Assembly (NCBI GenBank): GCA_043820925.1
Contig: JBDRDL010000021.1
Span: forward strand, 1-36,289
Direction of reading: 5' to 3'
DNA from: Methanobacteriota archaeon
GTDB taxonomy: Archaea > Hydrothermarchaeota > Hydrothermarchaeia > Hydrothermarchaeales > JACRDW01
Length of the DNA stretch: 36,289 nt
Shown: piece by piece, positions 28,763-36,289 of the stretch
Position numbering within the stretch: position 1 is the first letter of the stretch
Layout: each line of letters begins with the position of its first letter
Made by a program: the position numbers and the translations under genes
The notes under the pieces: generated by a model
Databases searched by the model: none
What the model was told of the DNA's origin: nothing
What the model saw: only the letters and a program-made list of their open reading frames with translations

Positions 28763-29284
28763 CTAATATTCTAATTTGTCTAGATATAGCTTGCATTCAT
28801 TAAGTTTTTCTTGTACGGAAGTTAGAGGTTCAGTGCTGTTTTTCTCGTAAAAAAATCTATATAATTCGTGATATCTTAAAGATAAATTAAAGTAGTGCAT
28901 TTCAAGTTTTTTTTGAGTGTTGTATTTTTTAAGTATACTTTCCTTTAAGCGCTCAGCTTCTTCTAATAATTCCTCAGAAATTCTTTTTGAGAGTAAATTC
29001 CAGTTTATTATAGACAGGTCTCTCGTTGGAAATTCACTCGTTATCAATTCTTTTATTTCAAAATTTTCCTCTGCCTCAGAATTCGGTCCAGAGATAAACC
29101 CTTCACAGGACAGCGAATTTTCATCTGGTAGAATTCTAAACAACGCTCTTTCCTCTTCTAACTCTTGAATATTACCTTTTAACGTTTTCTTCTGCACGCT
29201 CTTAAAGTTGTTAAGAATGAGAGCAATCTCCTCTAAGGAAGCAAATCCCAATTCTTTGACTATTGTCAAAATTTTACCTTTCAT
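28763..29284 (-). CDS. Hypothetical protein, possible N-terminal winged helix, adjacent to oriC
   Basis: 173-aa ORF coupled (ATGA overlap) to UPF0147; ILTIVKELGFASLEEIA..IQELEEERALFR suggests a wHTH; no family recognised. Confidence 0.6.
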   Translation of the reverse strand: MKGKILTIVKELGFASLEEIALILNNFKSVQKKTLKGNIQELEEERALFRILPDENSLSCEGFISGPNSEAEENFEIKELITSEFPTRDLSIINWNLLSKRISEELLEEAERLKESILKKYNTQKKLEMHYFNLSLRYHELYRFFYEKNSTEPLTSVQEKLNECKLYLDKLEY

Positions 29285-29538
29285 AATTTTATAGTCTCTA
29301 ATTCACTGGCAACACTCCAAATCAAACTTCTGGCGTGGATAGGGAGATTTCTGTCATTGCTTATTTCTTCTAAAATATATAGAGCAGAGCTGACTCTAAC
29401 GTTTAAGTCCTCTTTTTCATTCAATAAAATATTTTTGGCTTCCTCAGCAGACCTTCTAATATTTCTCGGCACAGTGGTGTCTCCTATAACTTGGCTTAGT
29501 ACTGCGGTTATCTGCTTGAGCCTTTTTCCTTCTTTCAT
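29281..29538 (-). CDS. UPF0147 family protein
   Basis: DTTVPRNIRR, EISNDRNLPIHARSLIW; GAGGTG SD. Confidence 0.92.
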   Translation of the reverse strand: MKEGKRLKQITAVLSQVIGDTTVPRNIRRSAEEAKNILLNEKEDLNVRVSSALYILEEISNDRNLPIHARSLIWSVASELETIKL

Positions 29539-29619
29539 GCTACACCTCTATAATAAGTGCACATCGTAAAACTTTTTAATAGAAAGATTTTTTAGTAAAT
29601 GCTGCTATCTTTAATTAAG

Positions 29620-30027
29620 ATGGAAAAAAATAAAGAAAAAGCCTTGAGGGACATGGCTGAGCTTCTTCTCTCGAAGGCGACAATGCTGCAGTATCACTGC
29701 GATAAGTGTAAGTCTCCACTTTTCGAGAAAGAGGGCAAGATAATTTGTCCGACCTGCGGTATAATGCAGGAGAAGGAGATAAAAAAAGAAGCAGAGAAAT
29801 TTATCGAAGGACTAAACGAGATGAAGGGAAAGAAAGTCTGCGTTAAGACCCGGAGCGATATATATCGAGGCACTTGCAAAGACGTCGAGAAGGATTTTTC
29901 TTTCCTGCTCAAGGACGTGGAAAGGCTCAGCGTTTATGGAGGTACTTCTGAGGAATGGAAATACGTTTCAGAATTAATGCTCATTCATGGCAATTGCATT
30001 GAGGCAGTCTGGCTTGAAAAGAAGTAA
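29620..30027 (+). CDS. UPF0148 (autoantigen p27/SSSCA1-like) Zn-ribbon protein fused to an Sm/LSm-like domain
   Basis: MAELLLSKATMLQYHCDKCKSPLFEKEGKIICPTC, then MKGKKVCVKT..YRGTCKDVEKDFSFLLKDVE...MLIHGNCIEAV (Sm1/Sm2-like). Confidence 0.75.
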   Translation: MEKNKEKALRDMAELLLSKATMLQYHCDKCKSPLFEKEGKIICPTCGIMQEKEIKKEAEKFIEGLNEMKGKKVCVKTRSDIYRGTCKDVEKDFSFLLKDVERLSVYGGTSEEWKYVSELMLIHGNCIEAVWLEKK

Positions 30028-30073
30028 ATTATATATATACAAAAAATGTACGCAGAGCAAAGGAAGTGATATT

Positions 30074-30358
30074 TTGAAAATAGCAGATTTAAGAAAAGGT
30101 CAGGGAAAGGTAAACGTGGAAGTCGAAGTCGTAAGCGTAGGCGAAATAAGAGAATTCCAGAAGTTCGGCAGGCAAGGAAAAGTAGCTACTGCAGTTGTCA
30201 AGGACGACTCCGGAGAGATAAATCTAACCCTGTGGAACGAGGACATAGACAAAGTAAGCGCAGGCTCGAAGATTAAAATAGAAAACGGCTACATTAGCGA
30301 ATTCCAGGGAGAGCCGCAGCTAACTGCTGGAAAATTCGGGAAGCTTATAGTTCTTTAA
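30074..30358 (+). CDS. Second single OB-fold SSB/RPA-like protein (94 aa, no tail)
   Basis: TTG start at 30074 after GGAAGTGA; KIADL..VNVEVEVV..KDDSGEINLTLWNE..IENGY..LTAGKFG. Confidence 0.85.
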   Translation: MKIADLRKGQGKVNVEVEVVSVGEIREFQKFGRQGKVATAVVKDDSGEINLTLWNEDIDKVSAGSKIKIENGYISEFQGEPQLTAGKFGKLIVL

Positions 30359-32051
30359 ATTCAACTTTCCCCTCCAGCAAGTCTTTCAAAATTTTTGAAA
30401 CTTCTTTTACTTTTATTCTCTTTTGTTCTGTGGAGTCTCTTTCTCTTATTGTTGCCGTACCGTCTTTTAATCCATCGAAGTCTACAGTTATCGCATAGGG
30501 AACGCCTATTTCGTCGACTCTTGCATAACGTCTGCCGATCGAATCTGCCTCGTCGTATATGCAGAAGAAGTTATAGCTTTTCAAATCTTCGTAAATTTCC
30601 AGCGCAGGCATCGTCAGCTCTTCCTTCGCAACGAGAGGAAAAACCGCTGTCTCGATTGGCGCAACAGAATTTTTCAGACTCAAAATTTTTCTCTCACCAT
30701 TCTCTTTATATGCAGATTCCAGCACGCAGTATATTATTCTGTCTATACCATAAGACGGTTCTATCACGTGCGGTATAATTTTTTCTCCGGTAAGCCTCTC
30801 TTTAACCTTTTTTGTTGATAGGTAATTCTTGTCGAGTCTAATATTTTCTCCATCGATTTTTAAATCAATATAGCCTTTTTTTTCAAAAAAGGTTATCTCT
30901 TTTTCTCCAAGATTTTTAATCGCATTTAGAATTTTTCCTGTTTTTTCCTTAAATTTCGAGCCAACTTTTGCCAGGTTAGCCTCCAATACCGTTTTTTCTA
31001 TGACTTGAGGTTTTTCAAACTGCAGGAATGCACTCAAATCAGCACCGCTGTGCTTTATATGCGCCTTTAAATCGTAGTCAGTTCTGTCAGCGATGCCCAC
31101 GACTTCGATGTAGCCGAAGCGTTCAGTGAGCGCTTCTGCATCCCAGCAGTCTGCGGCATAGTGCGCCATCTCAGTCCTCATGTGCTGTCTGAATCTGAGC
31201 TTTTCTCTTGGAATTCCGACCTCTTCAAGAAACTTTTTCACGAGTATGAGATGATACGCAAGAAGTTCGTGCATTATTATTTTTTTTCTGACGGCATCTC
31301 TTGCATGGAGCGTTATTTCCCTGCCATCGCCTGGCACCAAGCGCAGCTCTTCATTCACGTACTTCCTAAAATCTTTGTGCGTCTTTTCTTTTGGATTCAC
31401 AAAAATTTCCACTTCAGCCTGGCTGAATTCTCGAAGCCTTATTACTCCCTGTCTCGGAGAGATTTCATTGCGATATACCCTACCAAGCTGAGCAACTCCG
31501 AAGGGTAGCTTCTTCCTGTAGAACCCGTAAAGACGATTGAAAAGCATGAACATCGCCTGCGCAGTCTCAGGCCTGAGATAGCCCACTTTTTTGCTTCCCG
31601 GTCCAATGTGTGTTTTAAACATTAGGTTAAAGCTCCAGACCTCGCTGAGCTCTCCCCCGCAGCTCGGGCAGTGTACGTTATTCTTCTTTATCAATTCCTC
31701 AAGTTCTTTATAAGAAAGCCCGTCTGCCTTGATACCGAGCGCTTCTTTAATTAAGTCAGTAGCTTTATACACTTCCTTGCACTTCCTGCACTCCACCATA
31801 GGGTCCACGAAACTGCTGACGTGTCCAGAAGCGATAAAAACTTCCTCAGGAGCCACAGCAGGAGAAGAAATTTCCAAAAAGCCCTCCCGAATGCAGTAGT
31901 ATTCCCGCCATTTATCTTCCAGCTTCTTTTTCAAAGTAGCGCCGAGAGGACCAAAATCGTAGAAGCCGCTTGCCCCGCCGTAAATTTCAAAGCTCGGCCA
32001 GAGGAAGCCCCGGCGCAACGCCAAATCTATGACTTTTTCGTGGGTGTCCAT
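30345..32051 (-). CDS. glyS: Glycine--tRNA ligase (archaeal/eukaryotic type)
   Basis: RRGFLWPSFEIYGG, LRPETAQ, RNEISPRQG..RLREF, HVIEPSYGIDR, SIGRRYAR.DEIG; exact start uncertain (32051-32072). Confidence 0.96.
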   Translation of the reverse strand: MDTHEKVIDLALRRGFLWPSFEIYGGASGFYDFGPLGATLKKKLEDKWREYYCIREGFLEISSPAVAPEEVFIASGHVSSFVDPMVECRKCKEVYKATDLIKEALGIKADGLSYKELEELIKKNNVHCPSCGGELSEVWSFNLMFKTHIGPGSKKVGYLRPETAQAMFMLFNRLYGFYRKKLPFGVAQLGRVYRNEISPRQGVIRLREFSQAEVEIFVNPKEKTHKDFRKYVNEELRLVPGDGREITLHARDAVRKKIIMHELLAYHLILVKKFLEEVGIPREKLRFRQHMRTEMAHYAADCWDAEALTERFGYIEVVGIADRTDYDLKAHIKHSGADLSAFLQFEKPQVIEKTVLEANLAKVGSKFKEKTGKILNAIKNLGEKEITFFEKKGYIDLKIDGENIRLDKNYLSTKKVKERLTGEKIIPHVIEPSYGIDRIIYCVLESAYKENGERKILSLKNSVAPIETAVFPLVAKEELTMPALEIYEDLKSYNFFCIYDEADSIGRRYARVDEIGVPYAITVDFDGLKDGTATIRERDSTEQKRIKVKEVSKILKDLLEGKVEFKEL

Positions 32052-32144
32052 TTTACTGCTCAAGATTCGCACCTCTTTTGCTTTTTTGTTTATCTAATTT
32101 GGTCCATAAATATTTCTGCCAAGGTTACAATCAAATGATTTGCC

Positions 32145-32573
32145 ATGAATAAAAAACTTTACATGGTGGATATTACGGCTGTAGTTGAAAGCTATACCAA
32201 AGACATAGATGTCCAATATTTTACAACTGAGGGCAAGAAATTAAAAACGAAGGATATCGCATGGTATCGCGTAGAAAGATTAGAGGAATAATACGGTGAA
32301 AACTCTAGAAGAATTACCAGAGGATTTAACTGAATTGACAGGAGAGTTTATCTCACCAGATTTATTAGTGGCACTTATAGATACAGGAAAACTAAATCGG
32401 AGTGGTTTGAACACATTGTAGATGCGATGTACGGATATATTGTGGTTTTGAAATGTAGGAAAGCTTCTATGGAATGGAAAATAATTATCAACTCTCTCCC
32501 CGGAGAGCCGATGGTCGAGCACGTAGAGGTTAGAGAATTGAAGAAAACACGATTAAGGATTTTCATGCTCTAA
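32145..32573 (+). pseudogene. Fragmented coding-like sequence of unknown origin
   Basis: Consecutive short frames: MNKKLYMVDITAVVESYTKDIDVQYFTTEGKKLKTKDIAWYRVERLEE* (32145-32291), then VKTLEELPEDLTELTGEFISPDLLVALIDTGK, frameshift, EWFEHIVDAMYGYIVVLKC...; no family recognised. Confidence 0.35.
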
Positions 32574-33716
32574 AATGTTTGCCAATCTTTTCAGCCTTTC
32601 GGCGATAATTTTAGGACGAGCTGTGAGAATATACCCACCTTGCTTTGCTTTTGTTATGGCGCTTAGAGGGGACATAGATAAAAATGCTAACGCATTTTCT
32701 ATATCCGATTCGCTGTATTTTTGATTTAGAATCCAATACAAATCCCTCGCATTTAACATGGGCCTCGAAGCTTGATGCTGTTGAATTGCTGTTATGAGAG
32801 AAAAGATTAGTTGGCTTTGATTTTCATAAGTCTCAGATTTTTCAAATAACGTTTTCAACATATTTAGAGTTAAAATGCCTTTTATCTCGAAAATAGACTT
32901 AAGGTCTAAAAGAGAGAACGGAGTTTTTTCATGTCGCTTTAAAATCTCAATAAGCGTTGCTGTTTCTATGAGGGTTACTTTTTCTTCATCGGCATTTCTT
33001 AAAAGGTCGCCACTTGCAAAGGTAGGGCCGACTATTGCGCAAAGTTCTGTGCTATGTTTTTCTCTGTGTTTCTTCAAAGCTTTCCACTTTATTTGACTAT
33101 CAGTTATTTTGCCTTTCTGACTGGTTTTTCCATCGATTATCACCTTGTAAGCTTCATCTCCAATAGGCGCTTTAATTAGAACATCCGTATCATCCGCTCC
33201 TCCTATGAGTTTTGTTTCAAATCCAAGAGCATCGAAGGATTCGCTTAATAACTTTTCAAAATTTTTAGGATTGCTGCTTTCCCTTTCGGCCTTCAACAAG
33301 TTCTCACATAATTCAAACACTGTTTGATCTTCTTTTAATTTTTCTTCTTTTGGTAACTCGGGCAACTGATACGGCTTTGCAAGGAATTCGTAAGCGTTCA
33401 AGAAAACTTTTCCGTCAAACTTTATTGTGCCCCAATTTATTTTAAATGTTGGTGGTTTGATGTTCACAAACCAGCGCCGACCATCTGTAATTTTTGCTTT
33501 TTTTATTACGTCGTTTAAATAAGATGAGGGAATGATTATATTTTTATCCAAATTATCCCCACATCTAAAAACTACGCAAAAATCACCATATTTTTGCGCT
33601 AATTCTCTATACTTTTTTATCATTACGTCTGCCCAAAATTTAGAAGCCTTTCGGATATAATGGTGCTGTTCGAACTCTGGATTTTCTTCAAGAAGCTTAT
33701 CTAGGGTTTTTTCCAT
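32553..33716 (-). CDS. Orphan PD-(D/E)XK restriction endonuclease-like protein (Mrr/FokI-type catalytic domain)
   Basis: FEKLL..F..LGFETKLIGG..DTDVL..IIDGKT motif; unrecognised N-terminal ~125 aa; helical C-terminus; no adjacent methyltransferase. Confidence 0.75.
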   Translation of the reverse strand: MEKTLDKLLEENPEFEQHHYIRKASKFWADVMIKKYRELAQKYGDFCVVFRCGDNLDKNIIIPSSYLNDVIKKAKITDGRRWFVNIKPPTFKINWGTIKFDGKVFLNAYEFLAKPYQLPELPKEEKLKEDQTVFELCENLLKAERESSNPKNFEKLLSESFDALGFETKLIGGADDTDVLIKAPIGDEAYKVIIDGKTSQKGKITDSQIKWKALKKHREKHSTELCAIVGPTFASGDLLRNADEEKVTLIETATLIEILKRHEKTPFSLLDLKSIFEIKGILTLNMLKTLFEKSETYENQSQLIFSLITAIQQHQASRPMLNARDLYWILNQKYSESDIENALAFLSMSPLSAITKAKQGGYILTARPKIIAERLKRLANILEHENP

Positions 33717-33829
33717 ATTATTTGAAAGGTGTATTTACTGGTCCTTAAAGATTTCGGACCTCTAGAAATCTTCATATCCCTCCAAAGCTCAGATACGAAT
33801 ATGTTATACTGTTTAAAAAAGTATAATAT

Positions 33830-34105
33830 TCACTCCAGCCTCTTAATCGCATGCCACCCGAACTGGGTTTTAACGGCATCAGAGACCTGCCCCTTCTGCA
33901 GGGTGAAGGCAGCTCTTTCAAATTCTTTTACCATTTTGCCTCTTCCAAAAGTTCCCAGGTCTCCGCCTCTTTTTCCAGACGGGCAGAGCGACTTTTCCTG
34001 CGCTAATTTAGAAAAACTTGCTCCTTTCTTGAGCTCTTCGAGAACAGCCTTAATTTCCTGCTCGGTCTTTACCAGAATATGAGCGCAGTGCACCCTATCT
34101 GCCAT
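33830..34105 (-). CDS. ppiC: Parvulin-type peptidyl-prolyl cis-trans isomerase
   Basis: HILVK, FSKLA..S.CPSGKRGGDLG.F..GKMVKEFE.AAF, KTQFGWH; ATG 34105. Confidence 0.93.
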   Translation of the reverse strand: MADRVHCAHILVKTEQEIKAVLEELKKGASFSKLAQEKSLCPSGKRGGDLGTFGRGKMVKEFERAAFTLQKGQVSDAVKTQFGWHAIKRLE

Positions 34106-34109
34106 GCCT

Positions 34110-34943
34110 TCACCCAATTGCCTTGAGAAGGTCTACATCTCGAATCATTCCAATCATGTTTCCTTCCGCATCTATTATCGGCACCTGCTCTACCTTCATC
34201 TTTGCCATTTTTTTTGCGCACTCGCTTACTGGCGTTTTTTTGGTTGCGGTAACTACGTTTCTTACCATGACATCCCTAACCGCCATTTCAGGAAGCTCCA
34301 GCCTCTTTTTTGTTATGTATATAACGTTCTTGCTGTCCCAGCTCCACCTGTCCCCTTCGCTCCCTGGAGACATCTCGGATTTAAGTGTGGATTCGGTTAC
34401 TTGTGCTACTTTCAGCAGGTCAGTATCTGCTACCACGCCGCAGAGCTTCCCCTCAGAATTCAGCACAGGCAGCGCTCTGGCGCCAGAGAGCCTCATCAAT
34501 TCGTAAGCCACTTTCAGGGGAGTGCCTTCCCAGATTGCAGTTATATTCTCACTCGTGTACTTTTCAATGGCTTCCTCTGTCTGCACTCTTGAGACCGCTC
34601 TCCAGATTATGTCGCTCACAGTCACTATTCCGAGCAGTTCGCTGTTCTTCACCACTGGCAGTCTTCTGAATCCTTTCTCCAAAAATATCTTCGCAGCCTC
34701 TTTTATGTCAGTTTCGGGTGTAACCGCAACCACGTCCCTCGTCATCAGCAATGCAAGCTGGGTTTCTTCAGGGCGTCTAGAGAAGTCGTTCCTCGTAACG
34801 ATTCCTATGAGTTCCTTTGTTCCTCTTTTAACTACTGGCACCCCAGATAAGTTTTTCTTTATTACCAAATCCAGGGCCTCTGCTGTACTACCCGGAACCT
34901 CTGCATATACAACGTCTCCTGTCATAATCTCCTTGATTTTCAT
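34110..34943 (-). CDS. CBS-domain protein (four CBS repeats)
   Basis: Four repeats of xPVV..LxGIVT..D type; ATG 34943 after GGAGG. Confidence 0.92.
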   Translation of the reverse strand: MKIKEIMTGDVVYAEVPGSTAEALDLVIKKNLSGVPVVKRGTKELIGIVTRNDFSRRPEETQLALLMTRDVVAVTPETDIKEAAKIFLEKGFRRLPVVKNSELLGIVTVSDIIWRAVSRVQTEEAIEKYTSENITAIWEGTPLKVAYELMRLSGARALPVLNSEGKLCGVVADTDLLKVAQVTESTLKSEMSPGSEGDRWSWDSKNVIYITKKRLELPEMAVRDVMVRNVVTATKKTPVSECAKKMAKMKVEQVPIIDAEGNMIGMIRDVDLLKAIG

Positions 34944-34962
34944 ATCTTGCCTCCAAAACAAG

Positions 34963-35391
34963 TTACTTGCGTATCACCAGCACTGGACATGGAGAAGTCC
35001 TAACAACTTTTTCTGTCACGCTTCCAAGAAGGAAGCGGTCCAGTCCTCGCCTACCTGCAGTTCCCATAACTATTAAGTCAATGCCCTCGTCCTTTGCAAA
35101 TTTCGTAATATCCTCAGAAGGAACCCCTTCTCTAAGCAGCACTTCATATTTTACCTTCATTGAGGAAGCCATATTTTCCACAACTTTTAAAGCCTTCTTT
35201 CCTTCCTCCTCGAGCAATCCCCGCATGCTCTCCCATATAGCCTCTGTGGGAATGCCAGCAAATGCTGAGATGTCTATTACGTAGAGCCCGTAAATTTTTG
35301 AATTTAAAGCTTGCGCTAGCTTAACTCCTTGCTCTGCAGCATATTCCGCAGTCTTCGAGCCGTCCGTGGGTATTAATATCCTCTTATACAT
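34963..35391 (-). CDS. Universal stress protein
   Basis: [38 protein letters not shown]. Confidence 0.95.
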   Translation of the reverse strand: MYKRILIPTDGSKTAEYAAEQGVKLAQALNSKIYGLYVIDISAFAGIPTEAIWESMRGLLEEEGKKALKVVENMASSMKVKYEVLLREGVPSEDITKFAKDEGIDLIVMGTAGRRGLDRFLLGSVTEKVVRTSPCPVLVIRK

Positions 35392-36289
35392 AAGTTCCCC
35401 TTAACAACGCTTCTAATATCGCTTGCCTCGTACCTATGTACTATAGCTAGTATGGGGTCGTATAAGTATTTTCTGTTCCTTAGTATAATAAAGTTAGCCT
35501 CGTTTCCTTCCTCAATAGCATTGCTTTTTAATCCGAGAATCTTCCTTCCATTCAGCGTAGCGGCTGCTAGGATTTTTCTCGCGTCGAATTTATAATCTCT
35601 ATCCAATCCTCTTGCAACTTTAAAGGCAAATTCCATTTCCCTGAACATATTCAGCGAGTTAACCATAACATTGTCTGTGCCAAAAGCAACTGAAGTATTC
35701 TCGAAAATTTCTTTTACTCTCGGTATTCCTACTCCAAGCATCGCATTCGCTCTGGGGCAGAGCACGACAGGAATTTTTGAATCAAAAATTTTTCGCAAAC
35801 TTTCTTCGCCTGCATTCGTTATGTGCACAAGAAAGTCAGGCTTGAATTTTAGTGCTCCCTCAACGTCGTCGCTAACTTCTGCTGCATGTAATGCCAGCAG
35901 TTTTCTGCTTTTTTTTGCTGCCTTAGATATCTTTTTCAATTCTTCAGGAGAGTAATCCGCCACGCTGCTTATTCCAATACCGTCGCAGTTCTTCAAAACC
36001 TTTTCTATATCATCGCCATCAGGTCTTCCGAGCACAACAGCATCTTGATTTTTCGGGAGTGTAAATTTTAGTTGTTTAATGCCTTTTATCCCGCCTTCCC
36101 TGAAATCGCAGAATGCAGTAGTTCCGAGGCTCAGCATTTCATTTAAAGAGCAGCGAATTCCTTTGCTAACTTCGCTCTCCCTTTTTAAAATCTCAAATTT
36201 TGCTCCGCCTCTGCCGACTCTCTTGCCTATGCGCTCGTAGGCAGCCGAGTCCTGGGCAATCGAATCTCCCAGGTGAACGTGAGCGTTGG
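35373..36289 (-). CDS. Metal-dependent amidohydrolase/deaminase, 5' end outside window
   Basis: Frame stays open to the window end and reads NAHVHLGD (HxH), [29 protein letters not shown]. Confidence 0.9.
   Translation of the reverse strand, partial: NAHVHLGDSIAQDSAAYERIGKRVGRGGAKFEILKRESEVSKGIRCSLNEMLSLGTTAFCDFREGGIKGIKQLKFTLPKNQDAVVLGRPDGDDIEKVLKNCDGIGISSVADYSPEELKKISKAAKKSRKLLALHAAEVSDDVEGALKFKPDFLVHITNAGEESLRKIFDSKIPVVLCPRANAMLGVGIPRVKEIFENTSVAFGTDNVMVNSLNMFREMEFAFKVARGLDRDYKFDARKILAAATLNGRKILGLKSNAIEEGNEANFIILRNRKYLYDPILAIVHRYEASDIRSVVKGNLCIRGY

Noticed and set aside
32280..32566. Minus-strand ORFs of 80 and 63 aa
   Set aside because: Atypical composition; the plus-strand fragments look more protein-like.
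33748..33826. Short inverted repeats upstream of the nuclease (AAGATTTC/GAAATCTT; TTATACT/AGTATAA)
   Set aside because: AT-rich 7-8 bp arms with no cognate regulator in view; cannot be distinguished from chance.

Overview
Chromosomal window from a euryarchaeal-type archaeon: PolD, RadB, Orc1/Cdc6, F420 enzyme and DNA gyrase are all present; a finer lineage cannot be fixed from sequence alone. (1) 1-9.1 kb, nitrogen assimilation: npdG(partial), gdhA, two tandem RHH regulators and a DUF2795-like ORF, divergent from glnA, a three-part glutamate synthase and a second glnA. Three TAGGAA-N5/6-TTCCTA operators and a second palindrome type lie in the promoters. (2) 9.2-15.2 kb: gyrB and gyrA separated by an intact PIN/UPF0175 toxin-antitoxin pair and a decayed RelBE pair that sits between two copies of the gyrB 3' end. 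(3) 15.3-30.4 kb, replication supercluster: ssb, rfcL, truA, an inserted XcyI-like R-M pair, radB, DP2, DP1, cdc6, an ORB/DUE origin, UPF0147, a UPF0148-LSm fusion and a second ssb. (4) 30.3-36.3 kb: glyS, an orphan nuclease islet, parvulin, CBS, USP and a partial amidohydrolase. The most unusual signal is a set of four to five short (26-79 bp) hairpin-rich micro-insertions, each bracketed by a 7-16 bp direct repeat. They sit at gene junctions, and one is in frame inside the PolD large subunit; no cognate transposase is in the window. All calls come from motif reading by eye; no database searches were run.
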